Assembly (NCBI GenBank): GCA_034189085.1
Contig: JAXHVH010000001.1
Span: forward strand, 163,794-227,793
Source of the DNA: Bacillota bacterium
GTDB lineage: Bacteria > Bacillota > Dethiobacteria > DTU022
DNA length: 64,000 nt
Reading direction: 5' to 3'
Shown here: positions 41,081-51,815 of the stretch, in pieces
Position numbering within the stretch: the first letter of the stretch is position 1
How the letters are laid out: each line of letters opens with the position of its first letter
Notes under the pieces: generated by a model
The model's input: the letters and a program-made list of their open reading frames with translations, nothing else
Told to the model about the DNA's origin: nothing
Database searches by the model: none
Position numbers and translations under genes: made by a program

Positions 41081-43507
41081 TCAACCTTCAGCAAGGGTCT
41101 TCAAAGAGGCAGCAATTTCTTTGCGCGATCCTTCAAGATAGAGACATTGAAACTGTTCACAGTTTTCACGTATTCCTGCCACTTCTTGCCAGGCCGGAGA
41201 TTTTTTGAGGCAGTCCGGCCAGGAATTGAGAATCTCCTCCCGGGTCTCCTCACTGAAATGTTCCTGCAAAAGACCAATTTCGCCTAAAATTGCCTCCACT
41301 CGGCTCAGGTAACCAGTAGCTGGCTTAAACCCGAGGTTCTTCTTAATCAAATCGGCCATTTTTTTGGGTAAGTCACTGTCCCCTGAGGCTGAAACAGAAA
41401 ATGCAATTTTTTTCAGTATTTCAGGAGCAGGGAGGGAATAATCAATTAAGGCACTATTGCGCTGCCTGTCTTTTTCATTAAAAAGCAGGTAAACTGCTGT
41501 TCTTTTACCTGATTGATCACCGCCAAATAGGGGGTGTAACGGATCACCAAAAAGAGGCAGATCATAGAGGACCACACTATTAAAGTTGGAAAATATACTC
41601 CCTGATTTATTGTTCGAACCGCTGGTAAAATAATACAACTTTTTACAACAAGAACAAAATTTTTCTATTTCTTTCATCCTGGCTTTTGTTGAAACAAAAA
41701 TTGCCGTTTCGCCTTCTTTGTTTTGAACCAGTTCTTTTAAGAAATGCATCCGGTTCTTAATTCCCCGCAGATCCACTATTTCCATTGTCTCAAAATCTTC
41801 GCTGTCACAGTAACGCAAATCCCGTGCTTCCATATCTATCGTCTTTTCCTGGCGGAAAAAACCTTCTTTTATTTTCACGGCCAGATCAACCTTCCTGTGC
41901 TTTTGCAATAAAGGTTCGAGATAGGCACCTGAAAAAAAGATTGGATCAAGCGTCAAACCGTTCTGGCTTACCTTAATCTTGAGATGTTTTTTATCTTTCC
42001 CCACGATACGCCATGACTTAAGCTCCCAATTCGGACTGACAAACAGGGGAGCAGGATTGCCCGTTCCGAAAGGTTGAAACTGTTTAAGGCGGTCGACCAG
42101 GCTGAAGTCTATATCGTCACCGGACAGTTCTGCTTCCAGATAAAGCTTTGGTTTCAACTGTTCATCATTAATCCTGGTCCGGGCGTAGCAGTAAAGGTCA
42201 TCCTGCACTTTTTTTATGTTATCGGCGGTGACAGAAAAGCCGGCTGCCTGTTCATGCCCGCCAAAGCGCTCCAGGAAGGATGCACTCCCGGCAAGAGCTT
42301 CCGTAATATCAAAACCGTTGATGCTGCGTGCGGAACCCCTTCCCTCGTTCCCATCCAAAGCAATAAGGACGACAGGCCGGTTATACTTCTCTACCAGGCG
42401 CGAGGCAACAATGCCGATTACACCATGATGCCATCCGGTGCCGGCCAGAACAATAATCTTTTCATCGTCAGCAAGGGGCCCCTCAAGAGCTGCTTTTTCA
42501 GCTTCCTCAAGTATTTGTCTTTCAACATCACGGCGCTGTTTGTTGGCACCATGCAGCTCTTCAGCCAGTATCATGGCTCGCTTTTGATCACCGGTCAGCA
42601 ACAGTTCTGCCGCCGGACCGGCCTCCCCCATTCTCCCGACAGCATTAATTGAAGGTGCGAGAATAAATGATAGGGTAGTAGCAGATACATTTTTAAGATC
42701 GAAGTTTACAACCTCTGCAAGCGCCTGAAAACCGATTCTGTTTTTCTGCCGCAGGATCTCCAGGCCTGAAGAAACAATCAACCGGTTTTCATCAATCAAG
42801 GGCACCACATCGGCTGCTGTGCCAAGAGCCGCTAGGTCGAGCAGATCAACAGGCAGTGCCTGTCCTGCTTTTTCAACCAGGGCAGAGGCTATTTTAAAGG
42901 CAATACCCGCCCCGGAAAGTTCTTTGAAGGGATAAGGACAGCTTTTTTGTTTGGGATTTATTACGGCAAGTGCTCCGGGTAGGGAACCAATAGGTTCATG
43001 ATGATCGGTAATAATCAAATCAAGATCAAGGGAATGCGCATAGTCAGCTTCTTCAACAGCACTGATCCCGCAGTCGACTGTTATTACAAGTGAAACACCT
43101 TTTTCCTGAAAACTTTTTAGCGGATCTGAATGGAGTCCATATCCTTCGTTGAACCTGCTGGGGAGATAATACTCCACATTGCCACCAAGGGATCGCAGCA
43201 TTTGAACCAGAATAACGGAGGCAGATATCCCATCCGCATCATAATCACCGTGGACAATTATTTTTTCTCCCTTTTCTAAAGCTTTAAGAAGCCTGGCCAC
43301 TGTTTCTTCCATTCCCTGCATCTGCCAGGGAGAATGAAAATGCTCCATCGTCGGCTGTAAAAAAGCTCTTGCTTTTTCAGGACTGTCAATGCCCCTGTTT
43401 AAAAGAAGCCTGGCCAGAACAGGAGAAATATTAAGTTCCTTTGAAAGAAAAGCAGATTCCTGTTCAAAATCGGTCCTGAGGATCCATCGTTTGCCCGCGA
43501 GGCTCAT
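41081..43507 (-). CDS. recJ: Single-stranded-DNA-specific exonuclease RecJ
   Basis: 808 aa with DHH (HGDYDADGISA) and DHHA1 domains and a C-terminal OB-like extension; conserved secDF-recJ-relA order. Confidence 0.9.
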   Translation of the reverse strand: MSLAGKRWILRTDFEQESAFLSKELNISPVLARLLLNRGIDSPEKARAFLQPTMEHFHSPWQMQGMEETVARLLKALEKGEKIIVHGDYDADGISASVILVQMLRSLGGNVEYYLPSRFNEGYGLHSDPLKSFQEKGVSLVITVDCGISAVEEADYAHSLDLDLIITDHHEPIGSLPGALAVINPKQKSCPYPFKELSGAGIAFKIASALVEKAGQALPVDLLDLAALGTAADVVPLIDENRLIVSSGLEILRQKNRIGFQALAEVVNFDLKNVSATTLSFILAPSINAVGRMGEAGPAAELLLTGDQKRAMILAEELHGANKQRRDVERQILEEAEKAALEGPLADDEKIIVLAGTGWHHGVIGIVASRLVEKYNRPVVLIALDGNEGRGSARSINGFDITEALAGSASFLERFGGHEQAAGFSVTADNIKKVQDDLYCYARTRINDEQLKPKLYLEAELSGDDIDFSLVDRLKQFQPFGTGNPAPLFVSPNWELKSWRIVGKDKKHLKIKVSQNGLTLDPIFFSGAYLEPLLQKHRKVDLAVKIKEGFFRQEKTIDMEARDLRYCDSEDFETMEIVDLRGIKNRMHFLKELVQNKEGETAIFVSTKARMKEIEKFCSCCKKLYYFTSGSNNKSGSIFSNFNSVVLYDLPLFGDPLHPLFGGDQSGKRTAVYLLFNEKDRQRNSALIDYSLPAPEILKKIAFSVSASGDSDLPKKMADLIKKNLGFKPATGYLSRVEAILGEIGLLQEHFSEETREEILNSWPDCLKKSPAWQEVAGIRENCEQFQCLYLEGSRKEIAASLKTLAEG

Positions 43508-43971
43508 GAAGGTTTTTCATCCGCCTCGTCCGGTTCAGTTAGTTCGATTCCAATTGTATTGTCTTCTTCCTCTTCCCCTGGAAGATCTTCTTTCGGGTTA
43601 CCAGCAGATGGCAAATCTGAGTTAACCGCTGCCTTTTCATCCCCGGCGATCTCCTCCTGAACCGATGAAAGACTGTTAACCTGGGCGGTAAGAAATAGCT
43701 TTTCTTCTTCCAGATCACTGATCTTTTTCTGCAGCTCTTCCTTCTGTTGACGAAGCTGGCGGAATGAAAGGGCCGATCTGATTCCACGGAAAAGGCTAAA
43801 TAATCCCATTACCATTGCTCCGATAAAACCAGCGCCTAAAATGAGGATGATCAGGGGAACTTCTGACCGGCCAAAGATATAGTTTATGGAAACTGCTTCC
43901 TGGTTAGCCAGGGCAATTATGGCAATAAGCAGGCTAAAAACAAGGGCCAGAATCAGGTAAAAAGAACTCAT
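43504..43971 (-). CDS. LapA-like/DUF1049 small membrane protein with coiled-coil and acidic tail
   Basis: From ATG 43971 (MSSFYLILALVFSLLIAIIALA...). Two TM helices, a coiled coil (QKKISDLEEEKLFL) and an acidic C-terminus; GGAG upstream of this ATG. Confidence 0.5.
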   Translation of the reverse strand: MSSFYLILALVFSLLIAIIALANQEAVSINYIFGRSEVPLIILILGAGFIGAMVMGLFSLFRGIRSALSFRQLRQQKEELQKKISDLEEEKLFLTAQVNSLSSVQEEIAGDEKAAVNSDLPSAGNPKEDLPGEEEEDNTIGIELTEPDEADEKPS

Positions 43972-44117
43972 TATCTTCTCTCTCCTCGGGTTTGCTGCGA
44001 CCATGGGAAAAGAATAGCCAATCCTGCAGCAAAATTCTCTTCTTTTGTACATAATTCAACATAAAGGCCTACGGTTCCTTTTTGCGGGGTATCGCAGGCC
44101 TTATTAATATATTCAAC

Positions 44118-45041
44118 TCAGGCAGCCCGTCGGCGTCCTTTCCCCAGTTTTAAGTCCTGGAGGTTGAGCCATAGAGGACTGGCTACAAAAATTGATGAGT
44201 AAGTGCCGATGAAAACCCCTATTATCAGGGCAAAAACAAAAACAATCAAATCTATGCTGCCAATGTAATAATGGAAACCAAACAACAGGGCAATGAGAAC
44301 AAAAAGGGTAGTCAAAGAAGTATTTATTGATCTCATCAGGTTCTGATTGATCGATTCATTGACTACTTCTGCATAATCACTTTTTCTTCTGTGCCTGATA
44401 TTTTCACGGATGCGATCAAAAATTACAATCGTGTCGTTAACCGAATATCCGAAAACGGTTAAGATGGCCGCGACAAAGGGAACATTTATTTCCATCTGCA
44501 GAAATGAAAAAATCCCTACCACGATCACTATATTATGGAGCAGTGAAATAATTGTCGCCAGGGCAAACTTAAATTCAAAGCGGAATGTAATATAGGCAAC
44601 CATCAGGACAATGGCTACAGCCAGTGATAAAAGAGCCTGCTGGGTTAATTCACCGCCGACAACCGCTCCCACACTTTCAATTCTCAGGTCGTTCGGATCG
44701 AGGTGAGGCCATCTTTTTTTTAAAGCCTCCATTAATTCATTACGTCGTTCTTCTTCAATATAAGGAGCCTTAATTACCAGCCCTTCGTCGGCTACATCAC
44801 CATCAACATTCCGTCCCTGGACGATCTGAATGGAGGCACCTTCAAGTTCTTCAAAGGGGGCTATGACCTCATTCACCTGCTCCATGGAAAAATCTTCTCC
44901 CAGGTTCAGGTTCAAAACGGTCCCACCGGTAAAATCAATACCGAGGTTCAAACCAGATATCATCAGTGATATTAAACCTGCTATAACCAACACTGACGAA
45001 AAAACATAAGCCTTACGGCGGTTTCCGATAAAGTTTATCAT
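44118..45041 (-). CDS. secF: Protein translocase subunit SecF
   Basis: 307 aa with the SecF family pattern (GIDFTGGT); overlaps secD by 4 nt. Confidence 0.9.
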   Translation of the reverse strand: MINFIGNRRKAYVFSSVLVIAGLISLMISGLNLGIDFTGGTVLNLNLGEDFSMEQVNEVIAPFEELEGASIQIVQGRNVDGDVADEGLVIKAPYIEEERRNELMEALKKRWPHLDPNDLRIESVGAVVGGELTQQALLSLAVAIVLMVAYITFRFEFKFALATIISLLHNIVIVVGIFSFLQMEINVPFVAAILTVFGYSVNDTIVIFDRIRENIRHRRKSDYAEVVNESINQNLMRSINTSLTTLFVLIALLFGFHYYIGSIDLIVFVFALIIGVFIGTYSSIFVASPLWLNLQDLKLGKGRRRAA

Positions 45042-46288
45042 GATCCTTTCACCCCCAGGTAAGCCCCGCTGCGTATGAGACCGGCTTTAAAAGTTAACCG
45101 TAACAGCAGACGGGTCAGTACTATTGCTGTAAACATGCTGCAAATAATTCCGATGAAAAGGGTAACAGCAAAACCTCTGACCGGCCCACTGGCCAGAGTA
45201 AACAGTACTATTGTCACTATCAGAGTTGTAACATTGGCATCAACAATCGCTCTGAAGGCACGCTGAAAACCGCTCTCCATGGCGCTGCGCGGTGTCCTGC
45301 CGGTGCGAAGCTCGTCTTTAATCCTTTCGAAAATAATGACATTGGCATCAACCGCCATCCCAATAGAAAGAATTAAGCCGGCGATGCCGGGCAGGGTCAA
45401 AGTAGTGGGCAGATAATTCAAAGCCCACAGGACCAGGGAAAGATAAAAAATGAGAGCCACACCGGCCAGCAACCCGGCCAATCGGTAATTGGCAATCATA
45501 AACAACAAAACAAGGAGCAGCCCGGCGGCAGCAGCATAAACAGCAATCACCTCGGTTCTCTGGCCGAGGGTCGGCCCGATCAAGCGCGATTCAAGTTCGC
45601 GCAGTTCAACGGGCAATGCACCACTCCGCAGCAGCAATGCAAGGTTGGCCGCTTCTTCAAATTCAAAATCCCCTTCTATGGTTGCTTTTCCATCGGTTAT
45701 AACCGCTCTTACAACAGGCTGGGATATGATTTCATCATCCAGCATTATGGCAATTGGTTGATTTAAAAATTTTCCTGTGGCTTCGGCAAAGAGCTCGGCA
45801 CCCTCGCTGTCAAATTCCAGGCTCACGAAGGGATAGGGCGTATATTCCGGCGCCCTCTCAGCCTGAGCCCGGACCAGGTGTGAACCGGTGACAATTTCTT
45901 CACCGTCCGGCCCTACAAACTTGAGCATGGCGGTTCGCCCAATAATCTCACGAGCTTGTTCCACATCATCAACATCCGGCAATTCAACCCTGATTCGATT
46001 ATCACCCTGCGCGGCAATTATAGGCTCAGCTACACCAAGCTCATCAACGCGCATTCGAATAACAGTAATTGCCCTTTCAATAGCATCTTCATCCAGTTCT
46101 TCATCTCCGGTTTGCTCCGCCTCCAGAAGGACATAAAGCCCTCCGGCGATGTCAAGGCCGCGTTTAATACCATCTTCCCTGTCGGCTGCGCTGACAAAAG
46201 CCCAGTAACCCGAAGCAACAATCAGGATGCAAAGAAGCACCAGTATTGCCAGCTGGCCTGGCAGAACCTTTCGATTCATCAAAACCAC
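45038..46288 (-). CDS. secD: Protein translocase subunit SecD
   Basis: 416 aa with the SecD family pattern and a periplasmic domain. Confidence 0.9.
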   Translation of the reverse strand: MVLMNRKVLPGQLAILVLLCILIVASGYWAFVSAADREDGIKRGLDIAGGLYVLLEAEQTGDEELDEDAIERAITVIRMRVDELGVAEPIIAAQGDNRIRVELPDVDDVEQAREIIGRTAMLKFVGPDGEEIVTGSHLVRAQAERAPEYTPYPFVSLEFDSEGAELFAEATGKFLNQPIAIMLDDEIISQPVVRAVITDGKATIEGDFEFEEAANLALLLRSGALPVELRELESRLIGPTLGQRTEVIAVYAAAAGLLLVLLFMIANYRLAGLLAGVALIFYLSLVLWALNYLPTTLTLPGIAGLILSIGMAVDANVIIFERIKDELRTGRTPRSAMESGFQRAFRAIVDANVTTLIVTIVLFTLASGPVRGFAVTLFIGIICSMFTAIVLTRLLLRLTFKAGLIRSGAYLGVKGS

Positions 46289-46335
46289 TCTCCATTCTTT
46301 ACGACCATTACTGCTTCCTTTAATGTAACACCTTA

Positions 46336-47442
46336 TTACAGATTTACCCTATTTCTTAAACAGTCTTCAATCACCTGGCCAATCAGCAGCTCATCATCAA
46401 CCGTAGTTATGGATACTTTGCCCACTTCGATCGGCAGGATGAAAATAGATTTTCCACCGCGCCGTTTTTTGTCCTGCCTTAGTTTATCGATAACCGCCTC
46501 GCTGGTCAAGCCCACCGGCGGTTGTTTTAATTTAAAGCGGCGCAAAAGTTTGAGAATTCGCCCGGCCGCATTTTTTTCGATCTTCTTCAACCTGTAGGAC
46601 AGCACAGTAGCAGCAACCATACCTATGGCAACTGCCTCCCCATGCAGGTAATGACCATATCCAGTGGCCGCCTCAATAGCATGCCCGATCGTATGGCCAA
46701 AATTGAGCACCTGGCGGTAATTTTTTTCAAACTCATCCTCTTCCACCACCTCTGCTTTGGCCGCTATCGATCGGACCACTGCCATAGAAAGAGAGGCGCT
46801 GTTTTTTGCCACCATTTCATCAAATTCTTTCTCCAGGCGGGTAAAAAAGGGCTCATCGCCAATAATTCCATATTTGACCACTTCGGCCAGGCCGGCCACC
46901 AGCTGCCGGTGCGGCAGGGTTGAAAGAACCGTGGGATCGGCAATGACCAGCCGCGGTGGGTAAATAGACCCAATTAAGTTTTTCCCTGCAGGATGATTTA
47001 CGGCTACCTTTCCTCCCACACTGCTGTCCACCTGGGCCAGCAGGGTTGTGGGAACCATCACGAGGGGGACACCGCGCAGGTAGGTGGCGGCGACAAAACC
47101 GGCCAGATCGCCAACTACACCCCCGCCCAGGGCAACAATGGGAAAATGGCGTTCCAGTCCTACTTCAATAGCTTTATTATAAAGACGGGTTGCTCCAGCC
47201 AGTGATTTCGCACGTTCTCCTGGTCTGACCAGGACAGTATCAATTTGCCATTTTGCGGCTTCCAGGGCTCTGGATATTTGCTGGCCATAAATTCTATAAA
47301 CTGTGGTGTCACTGACCAGCAAAAGATGTTCACTGGAAAATATCCGGCGCATTTCTTCTCCTGTTTCGGAAAGCAAACCCTCTTCGATTAACACCCTGTA
47401 AGTAAAATTACTTGTTTTAACTTCAATATCTTCTCTACCCAT
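46336..47442 (-). CDS. aroB: 3-dehydroquinate synthase
   Basis: 368 aa; GGGVVGDLAGFVAATYLRG NAD-binding motif and the DHQS body. Confidence 0.9.
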   Translation of the reverse strand: MGREDIEVKTSNFTYRVLIEEGLLSETGEEMRRIFSSEHLLLVSDTTVYRIYGQQISRALEAAKWQIDTVLVRPGERAKSLAGATRLYNKAIEVGLERHFPIVALGGGVVGDLAGFVAATYLRGVPLVMVPTTLLAQVDSSVGGKVAVNHPAGKNLIGSIYPPRLVIADPTVLSTLPHRQLVAGLAEVVKYGIIGDEPFFTRLEKEFDEMVAKNSASLSMAVVRSIAAKAEVVEEDEFEKNYRQVLNFGHTIGHAIEAATGYGHYLHGEAVAIGMVAATVLSYRLKKIEKNAAGRILKLLRRFKLKQPPVGLTSEAVIDKLRQDKKRRGGKSIFILPIEVGKVSITTVDDELLIGQVIEDCLRNRVNL

Positions 47443-47494
47443 TGTTCTCCTTCCAGACCTGCCGGATTATCCAATTATCTAAAATACAACCTTT

Positions 47495-48694
47495 TTATTT
47501 TGAGCTGTTATAACCATCCCGATTTTTCTCTTTTTTTAGTCTTCGGCTGCACCTTTCCATGTAACGGTGGTAAGAGTCGCTAATTTCTTCAAGACAATCT
47601 CCGCCAAATTTTTCCCTGAAAGCCACGGCCACTTCCCAGGCAACCACCGCCTCGGCAACTACCGCCGCAGAAGGGACTGCACAAACATCGGATCTTTCCA
47701 CCGCACCCGCGGTCTCTTTTCCTGTCTGCCAGTCAACGCTTGGAAGCGGCCTACTCAAAGTAGGAATCGGCTTCATTACCGCCCTGATAATCAATGGAGA
47801 ACCGTTCGTTACACCGCCTTCCAATCCTCCGGCCCGGTTTGAAGAACGCTCAATACCTCTTCCCTGCCGTGATATGATTGGATCATGAACCTCTGATCCG
47901 GGAGCAGAGGCAGCAGCAAAACCAATCCCAATTTCCACTCCCTTGATACCCTGAATGGCCATAACCGCTCCGGCGAGCCGGCCGTCAAGACGGCGGTCGG
48001 GATGAACATAACTGCCCAGACCCGGAGGAATATCATTAACAATTACTTCAAAAATCCCCCCCAGAGTATCGCCATCCCGACGGGCCCGGTCAATTTCCTG
48101 CAGCATTGCTGCTTCTCCATTTTCATCGGCACAGCGTACAGCCGATTTCTCAACAATTTCATTGACCCCGGGAATTTTCCCGGGATCTATGGAAACTGCG
48201 GCCTTACCGATCTGCAGAACGTGACTAAAAAAAGAAAACCCAAAGTATTCCAGGAAGATGCGCCCCACACTGCCCACAGCAGTACGTATTGCCGTTTCAC
48301 GGGCGCTGGACCTCTCCAGGACAAGCCGCAGATCATCGTAATTATATTTCAAACCGCCGGCCAGGTCGGCATGACCGGGCCTCGGACGGGTAACAGGTTG
48401 CCAATCATCTGGTACTTCTCCTTCAGGAGACATGACTGACTGCCAGTTTGGCCAATCCCTGTTTTCAATATGCAAAGTCAGCGGACTCCCAATAGTCCGG
48501 TTGAAGCGAAGACCTGATAATACTTTAACCTGATCTTTCTCAATAGCCATCCTGCTCCCCCTGCCGTAGCCCAGTTGACGGCGGGCCAGGTGATGATTTA
48601 TGTCTGTCGTTCGCAGCTCCAACCCGGACGGCAACCCTTCTATTATAGCCGTCAGACCTGGACCATGCGATTCTCCTCCTGCCAGATAACGCAC
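47495..48694 (-). CDS. aroC: Chorismate synthase
   Basis: 399 aa; the N-terminus MRYLAGGESHGPGLTAIIEGLP is diagnostic. Confidence 0.9.
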   Translation of the reverse strand: MRYLAGGESHGPGLTAIIEGLPSGLELRTTDINHHLARRQLGYGRGSRMAIEKDQVKVLSGLRFNRTIGSPLTLHIENRDWPNWQSVMSPEGEVPDDWQPVTRPRPGHADLAGGLKYNYDDLRLVLERSSARETAIRTAVGSVGRIFLEYFGFSFFSHVLQIGKAAVSIDPGKIPGVNEIVEKSAVRCADENGEAAMLQEIDRARRDGDTLGGIFEVIVNDIPPGLGSYVHPDRRLDGRLAGAVMAIQGIKGVEIGIGFAAASAPGSEVHDPIISRQGRGIERSSNRAGGLEGGVTNGSPLIIRAVMKPIPTLSRPLPSVDWQTGKETAGAVERSDVCAVPSAAVVAEAVVAWEVAVAFREKFGGDCLEEISDSYHRYMERCSRRLKKEKNRDGYNSSK

Positions 48695-48786
48695 TGTAAT
48701 TCCCTCCCTCTTGTTCAGGCAATTGCGATAAAGCTGTCATGCTTAATATATCATCTCCTGGCTTGACCGCTCACACTGCAGTGTGT

Positions 48787-49206
48787 TTAACCTTCTATCT
48801 CCACTTTTTCCAGTTCCAGGAGCATTTTCTTCCATCCCGGTGGGCCGCTGAAACCACCAATTCCTTTTCCGCTGCCGATAACCCGATGACAGGGCACAAT
48901 TATGGGATGGCGGTTTGCTTTCAGGGCCTGGCCGGCAGCTCTCCAGGCAAGGGGAGAATTGGCAAGGCAGGCTATTTCCCGGTAAGTGCGAACTTCACCG
49001 TAGGAAATACGGCTCACCTCCGCAAGAACAGACACCGTAAAGGACCGGTAACCACTCCGGTCCAGGGGGTAAGAAGACCAGTTAATTTTTTCTCCGGCCA
49101 GGTAACGATTAAAATCCTCAGCCAGCTTGGGCCAGGGCAGTTTGCCTTCCGCATATTGCTGAATTGGCCTGCGCCCCGGGAAAAAGATTTCCCGGATGCC
49201 TACCAT
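48787..49206 (-). CDS. ogt: Methylated-DNA--protein-cysteine methyltransferase (short MGMT-family, catalytic/DNA-binding domain only)
   Basis: 139 aa with the PCHRVIGSGKGIGGF active-site motif. Confidence 0.8.
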   Translation of the reverse strand: MVGIREIFFPGRRPIQQYAEGKLPWPKLAEDFNRYLAGEKINWSSYPLDRSGYRSFTVSVLAEVSRISYGEVRTYREIACLANSPLAWRAAGQALKANRHPIIVPCHRVIGSGKGIGGFSGPPGWKKMLLELEKVEIEG

Positions 49207-49291
49207 GCTAAAAATTATTAAAAAATCGCCTTTCGGCGTGGCAATGCGACTTGAAATAAACTTGTTAATATTATATTCCTCCTGCAGATTT

Positions 49292-50089
49292 TTACAGTGC
49301 TACACTGCTTCTGACACGTTTTTCAAATATAGCCAGTTCCCGACAACCTACTTCAGAAAGCAGTGATTTTGCTTCCGGGAAATAACGTCCAACCTGTTCC
49401 GGACTGTGAGCATCCGACCCAAGGGTTAACGGGACGTTTTCAACCAGGCATGCTTCGAGCATGGACCGATTGGGATAGAATTCATCAACAGGGGCATCCC
49501 GGCCAGATGTGTTTAATTCGATGCAGGTCCCTGTCCTTTTTAAAACATTAGCCATCTTCAACCATAACAGATCCAGATCTGCATCGGGCCGGTAACCAAA
49601 TTTTTTTATCACATCAATGTGGCCGATAATATCAAAAAGCCTGCTGCGGCAGGCCTTTTCAATAAGCTTGAAATACTCGGCGTAAAGCCTGTCAATGTCA
49701 AGATTACGATAATCTTCGGCATAGGCAGGGTGAGTGAAATCCCACTCTCCTATAAAATGAATTGAGCCTATTACATAGTCAAAAGCATATTCCTCCAATA
49801 AACGGCTGATCTTTTCCTCCGCTTCCGGGAAATAATCGATCTCAACACCAACCTTTATTTTCATGATCCGGGACTGTTCTTTAAGCTTTTCGATATCCTG
49901 AATATAATCTGCCAGCTCTTCCGGTTCCATTGTTACTTTAGCTTTCGGTTTATGGTCAAGCAGGCCGAGAGGAAAATGATCGGAAAAACCGATTTCCTGC
50001 AGGCCTATCTCTTCTGCGCGAAGCAAATATTCTTCCGGTAAACCGGTGGCATGGCCACACCGCATGGTGTGCAGATGATAATCAATCAC
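49292..50089 (-). CDS. hisK: Histidinol-phosphatase, PHP family (HisK/HisJ type)
   Basis: MIDYHLHT PHP-domain N-terminus; 265 aa; sits within the his cluster. Confidence 0.8.
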   Translation of the reverse strand: MIDYHLHTMRCGHATGLPEEYLLRAEEIGLQEIGFSDHFPLGLLDHKPKAKVTMEPEELADYIQDIEKLKEQSRIMKIKVGVEIDYFPEAEEKISRLLEEYAFDYVIGSIHFIGEWDFTHPAYAEDYRNLDIDRLYAEYFKLIEKACRSRLFDIIGHIDVIKKFGYRPDADLDLLWLKMANVLKRTGTCIELNTSGRDAPVDEFYPNRSMLEACLVENVPLTLGSDAHSPEQVGRYFPEAKSLLSEVGCRELAIFEKRVRSSVAL

Positions 50090-50471
50090 CTTGTTTTTCC
50101 TGCTGCTGAAAACCGGCCAGGGTATTAAAAAAACAGGAATAGCGGCCTGTATGACATGCTACTCCAGGACCAAGGGGTATGATCTTAATTAGCAAAGTGT
50201 CAGCATCACAATCAGCATACATTTCGTGGACTTCAAAAAAGTTTCCCGAAGTCTCGCCCTTTACCCAGTATTCCTGGCGGCTGCGGCTCCAAAAACAAAC
50301 TTTCCCTTCCCTCATGGTCCGCTTGATAGATTTTTCATTCATGTAACCAAGCATCAAAACGGCATTGGTCCTGATATCCTGGATTACTGCCGGGATAAGG
50401 CCTCTCTGGTCATATTTTAACTCATTGGTCTTCAGTGGTTTCAGCTCTTCGTCCATATTCAGTTCTGCCAT
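50082..50471 (-). CDS. hisI: Phosphoribosyl-AMP cyclohydrolase
   Basis: 129 aa; GLIPAVIQD...KGETSGN...C..D.D HisI motifs. Confidence 0.85.
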   Translation of the reverse strand: MAELNMDEELKPLKTNELKYDQRGLIPAVIQDIRTNAVLMLGYMNEKSIKRTMREGKVCFWSRSRQEYWVKGETSGNFFEVHEMYADCDADTLLIKIIPLGPGVACHTGRYSCFFNTLAGFQQQEKQGD

Positions 50472-50488
50472 TGTTAATCCTCCATTTT

Positions 50489-51262
50489 CTAAATGAATAT
50501 ATTCATTGCATCGGTTAATGTCAACTGGTTACTGTAAAGCGCTTTGCCGATTATAACTCCTCTAACTCTTTCCCGGTATGGCTTCAGGGCATGCAGATCA
50601 TCAAGAGATGATATGCCGCCCGAAACAATAACCTGTAACCCGGTTTTTTCCAGGATTTCTTCCAATCCGGCTAAATCCGGTCCGCTGAGTGTCCCATCAC
50701 GCCGAATATCGGTATAAATAATTTCTTTAACTCCCCAGCTTTCGACCTGTGCAGCCAGTTCAACCACCTGGACAGACGAAGACTCTGTCCACCCCTTTAC
50801 AGCAACTGTTCCATCACGAGCATCGATTCCCACAACAATACTGGTAGCATATTTCTCGATCAAATCGCAAGCCAGCCGAGGTTCTTCAATAACCAGTGTC
50901 CCCAGGATTACCCTGGAAATACCTGCTGACAGGGCTTTCTCGACTGCTTCGCGCGTTCGGATTCCCCCGCCAAGTTGCAGGGGGATGCCAACGGCTTCTC
51001 CGATTGCTCTTATCACTGAAGCATTTTGGGATTGACCGGTAAAAGCTCCATCAAGATCGACGAGATGAAGCATTCTCGCTCCAAGCTGTTCCCACTGGCG
51101 GGCTACATCGACTGGATTATCTCCATAAACCGTTTCCTTATCCGGGTCCCCCTGATATAAACGAACGCAGCGGCCCCGGCGCAGGTCGATGGCCGGTATG
51201 ATCAGCAATCCGTCCACCTCATTCCAATTTACCCTTGGTGGATAGAGGCCCTTCAAGGCCAT
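50489..51262 (-). CDS. hisA: ProFAR isomerase (1-(5-phosphoribosyl)-5-[(5-phosphoribosylamino)methylideneamino]imidazole-4-carboxamide isomerase)
   Basis: IIPAIDLRRGRCVRLYQGD is HisA-type, not HisF. The exact start is uncertain: the track start overlaps hisB by 44 nt, and an in-frame GTG lies just before DGLLIIP. Confidence 0.8.
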   Translation of the reverse strand: MALKGLYPPRVNWNEVDGLLIIPAIDLRRGRCVRLYQGDPDKETVYGDNPVDVARQWEQLGARMLHLVDLDGAFTGQSQNASVIRAIGEAVGIPLQLGGGIRTREAVEKALSAGISRVILGTLVIEEPRLACDLIEKYATSIVVGIDARDGTVAVKGWTESSSVQVVELAAQVESWGVKEIIYTDIRRDGTLSGPDLAGLEEILEKTGLQVIVSGGISSLDDLHALKPYRERVRGVIIGKALYSNQLTLTDAMNIFI

Positions 51263-51815
51263 CTAAAATCGATGAGGCTTCATTCAACGCCCGCGCCGCT
51301 GCCTTGAAAGAGGCTTCCACAATGTGGTGCTTGTTGGCACCGTGATTTAAGATAAGGTGCAGATTAAAACGACCCTCATTAACAAAAGCCTGCCAGAATT
51401 CCCGAAAAACTTCCTGATCCATGGTGCCGACCATACCGGGAGGTGAAGGCAGCTCATAGTGAAGCCAGGGACGGCCGGAAAGATCAACCGCAGCGGTAAC
51501 CAGAGCTTCATCCATTGGGGTTACAGAGAATCCATAACGATTAATACCTTCTTTTTCTCCCAGTGCTCCATAGAAAGCTTTACCAAGGCATAACCCAATA
51601 TCTTCAACCAGATGGTGGGCATCCACTTCAAGATCCCCTTCGGATTTGATGTTAAGATCAAAAAAACCATGCTGGCACCATAATGCAAGCATATGTTCAA
51701 AAAAGGGCAAGCCTGTTTTCAGGTCGGCTTTACCACTTCCATCCAGTTTCAGATCCAGTAAAATCGCAGTTTCAGAGGTCTTTCTTTCAATTCTTTGTTG
51801 TCTTTTCATTTTCAC
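51219..51815 (-). CDS. hisB: Imidazoleglycerol-phosphate dehydratase
   Basis: 198 aa; RKTSETAILLDLKLDG and HH..E motifs. Confidence 0.9.
   Translation of the reverse strand: MKMKRQQRIERKTSETAILLDLKLDGSGKADLKTGLPFFEHMLALWCQHGFFDLNIKSEGDLEVDAHHLVEDIGLCLGKAFYGALGEKEGINRYGFSVTPMDEALVTAAVDLSGRPWLHYELPSPPGMVGTMDQEVFREFWQAFVNEGRFNLHLILNHGANKHHIVEASFKAAARALNEASSILDGLEGPLSTKGKLE

Noticed and set aside
44053-44117. Stem-loop AAGGCCT...AGGCCTT between secF and the LapA-like gene, considered as a terminator
   Set aside because: The stem is followed by only a weak U-tract, and the downstream genes are likely co-transcribed with secDF. It is noted but not called.
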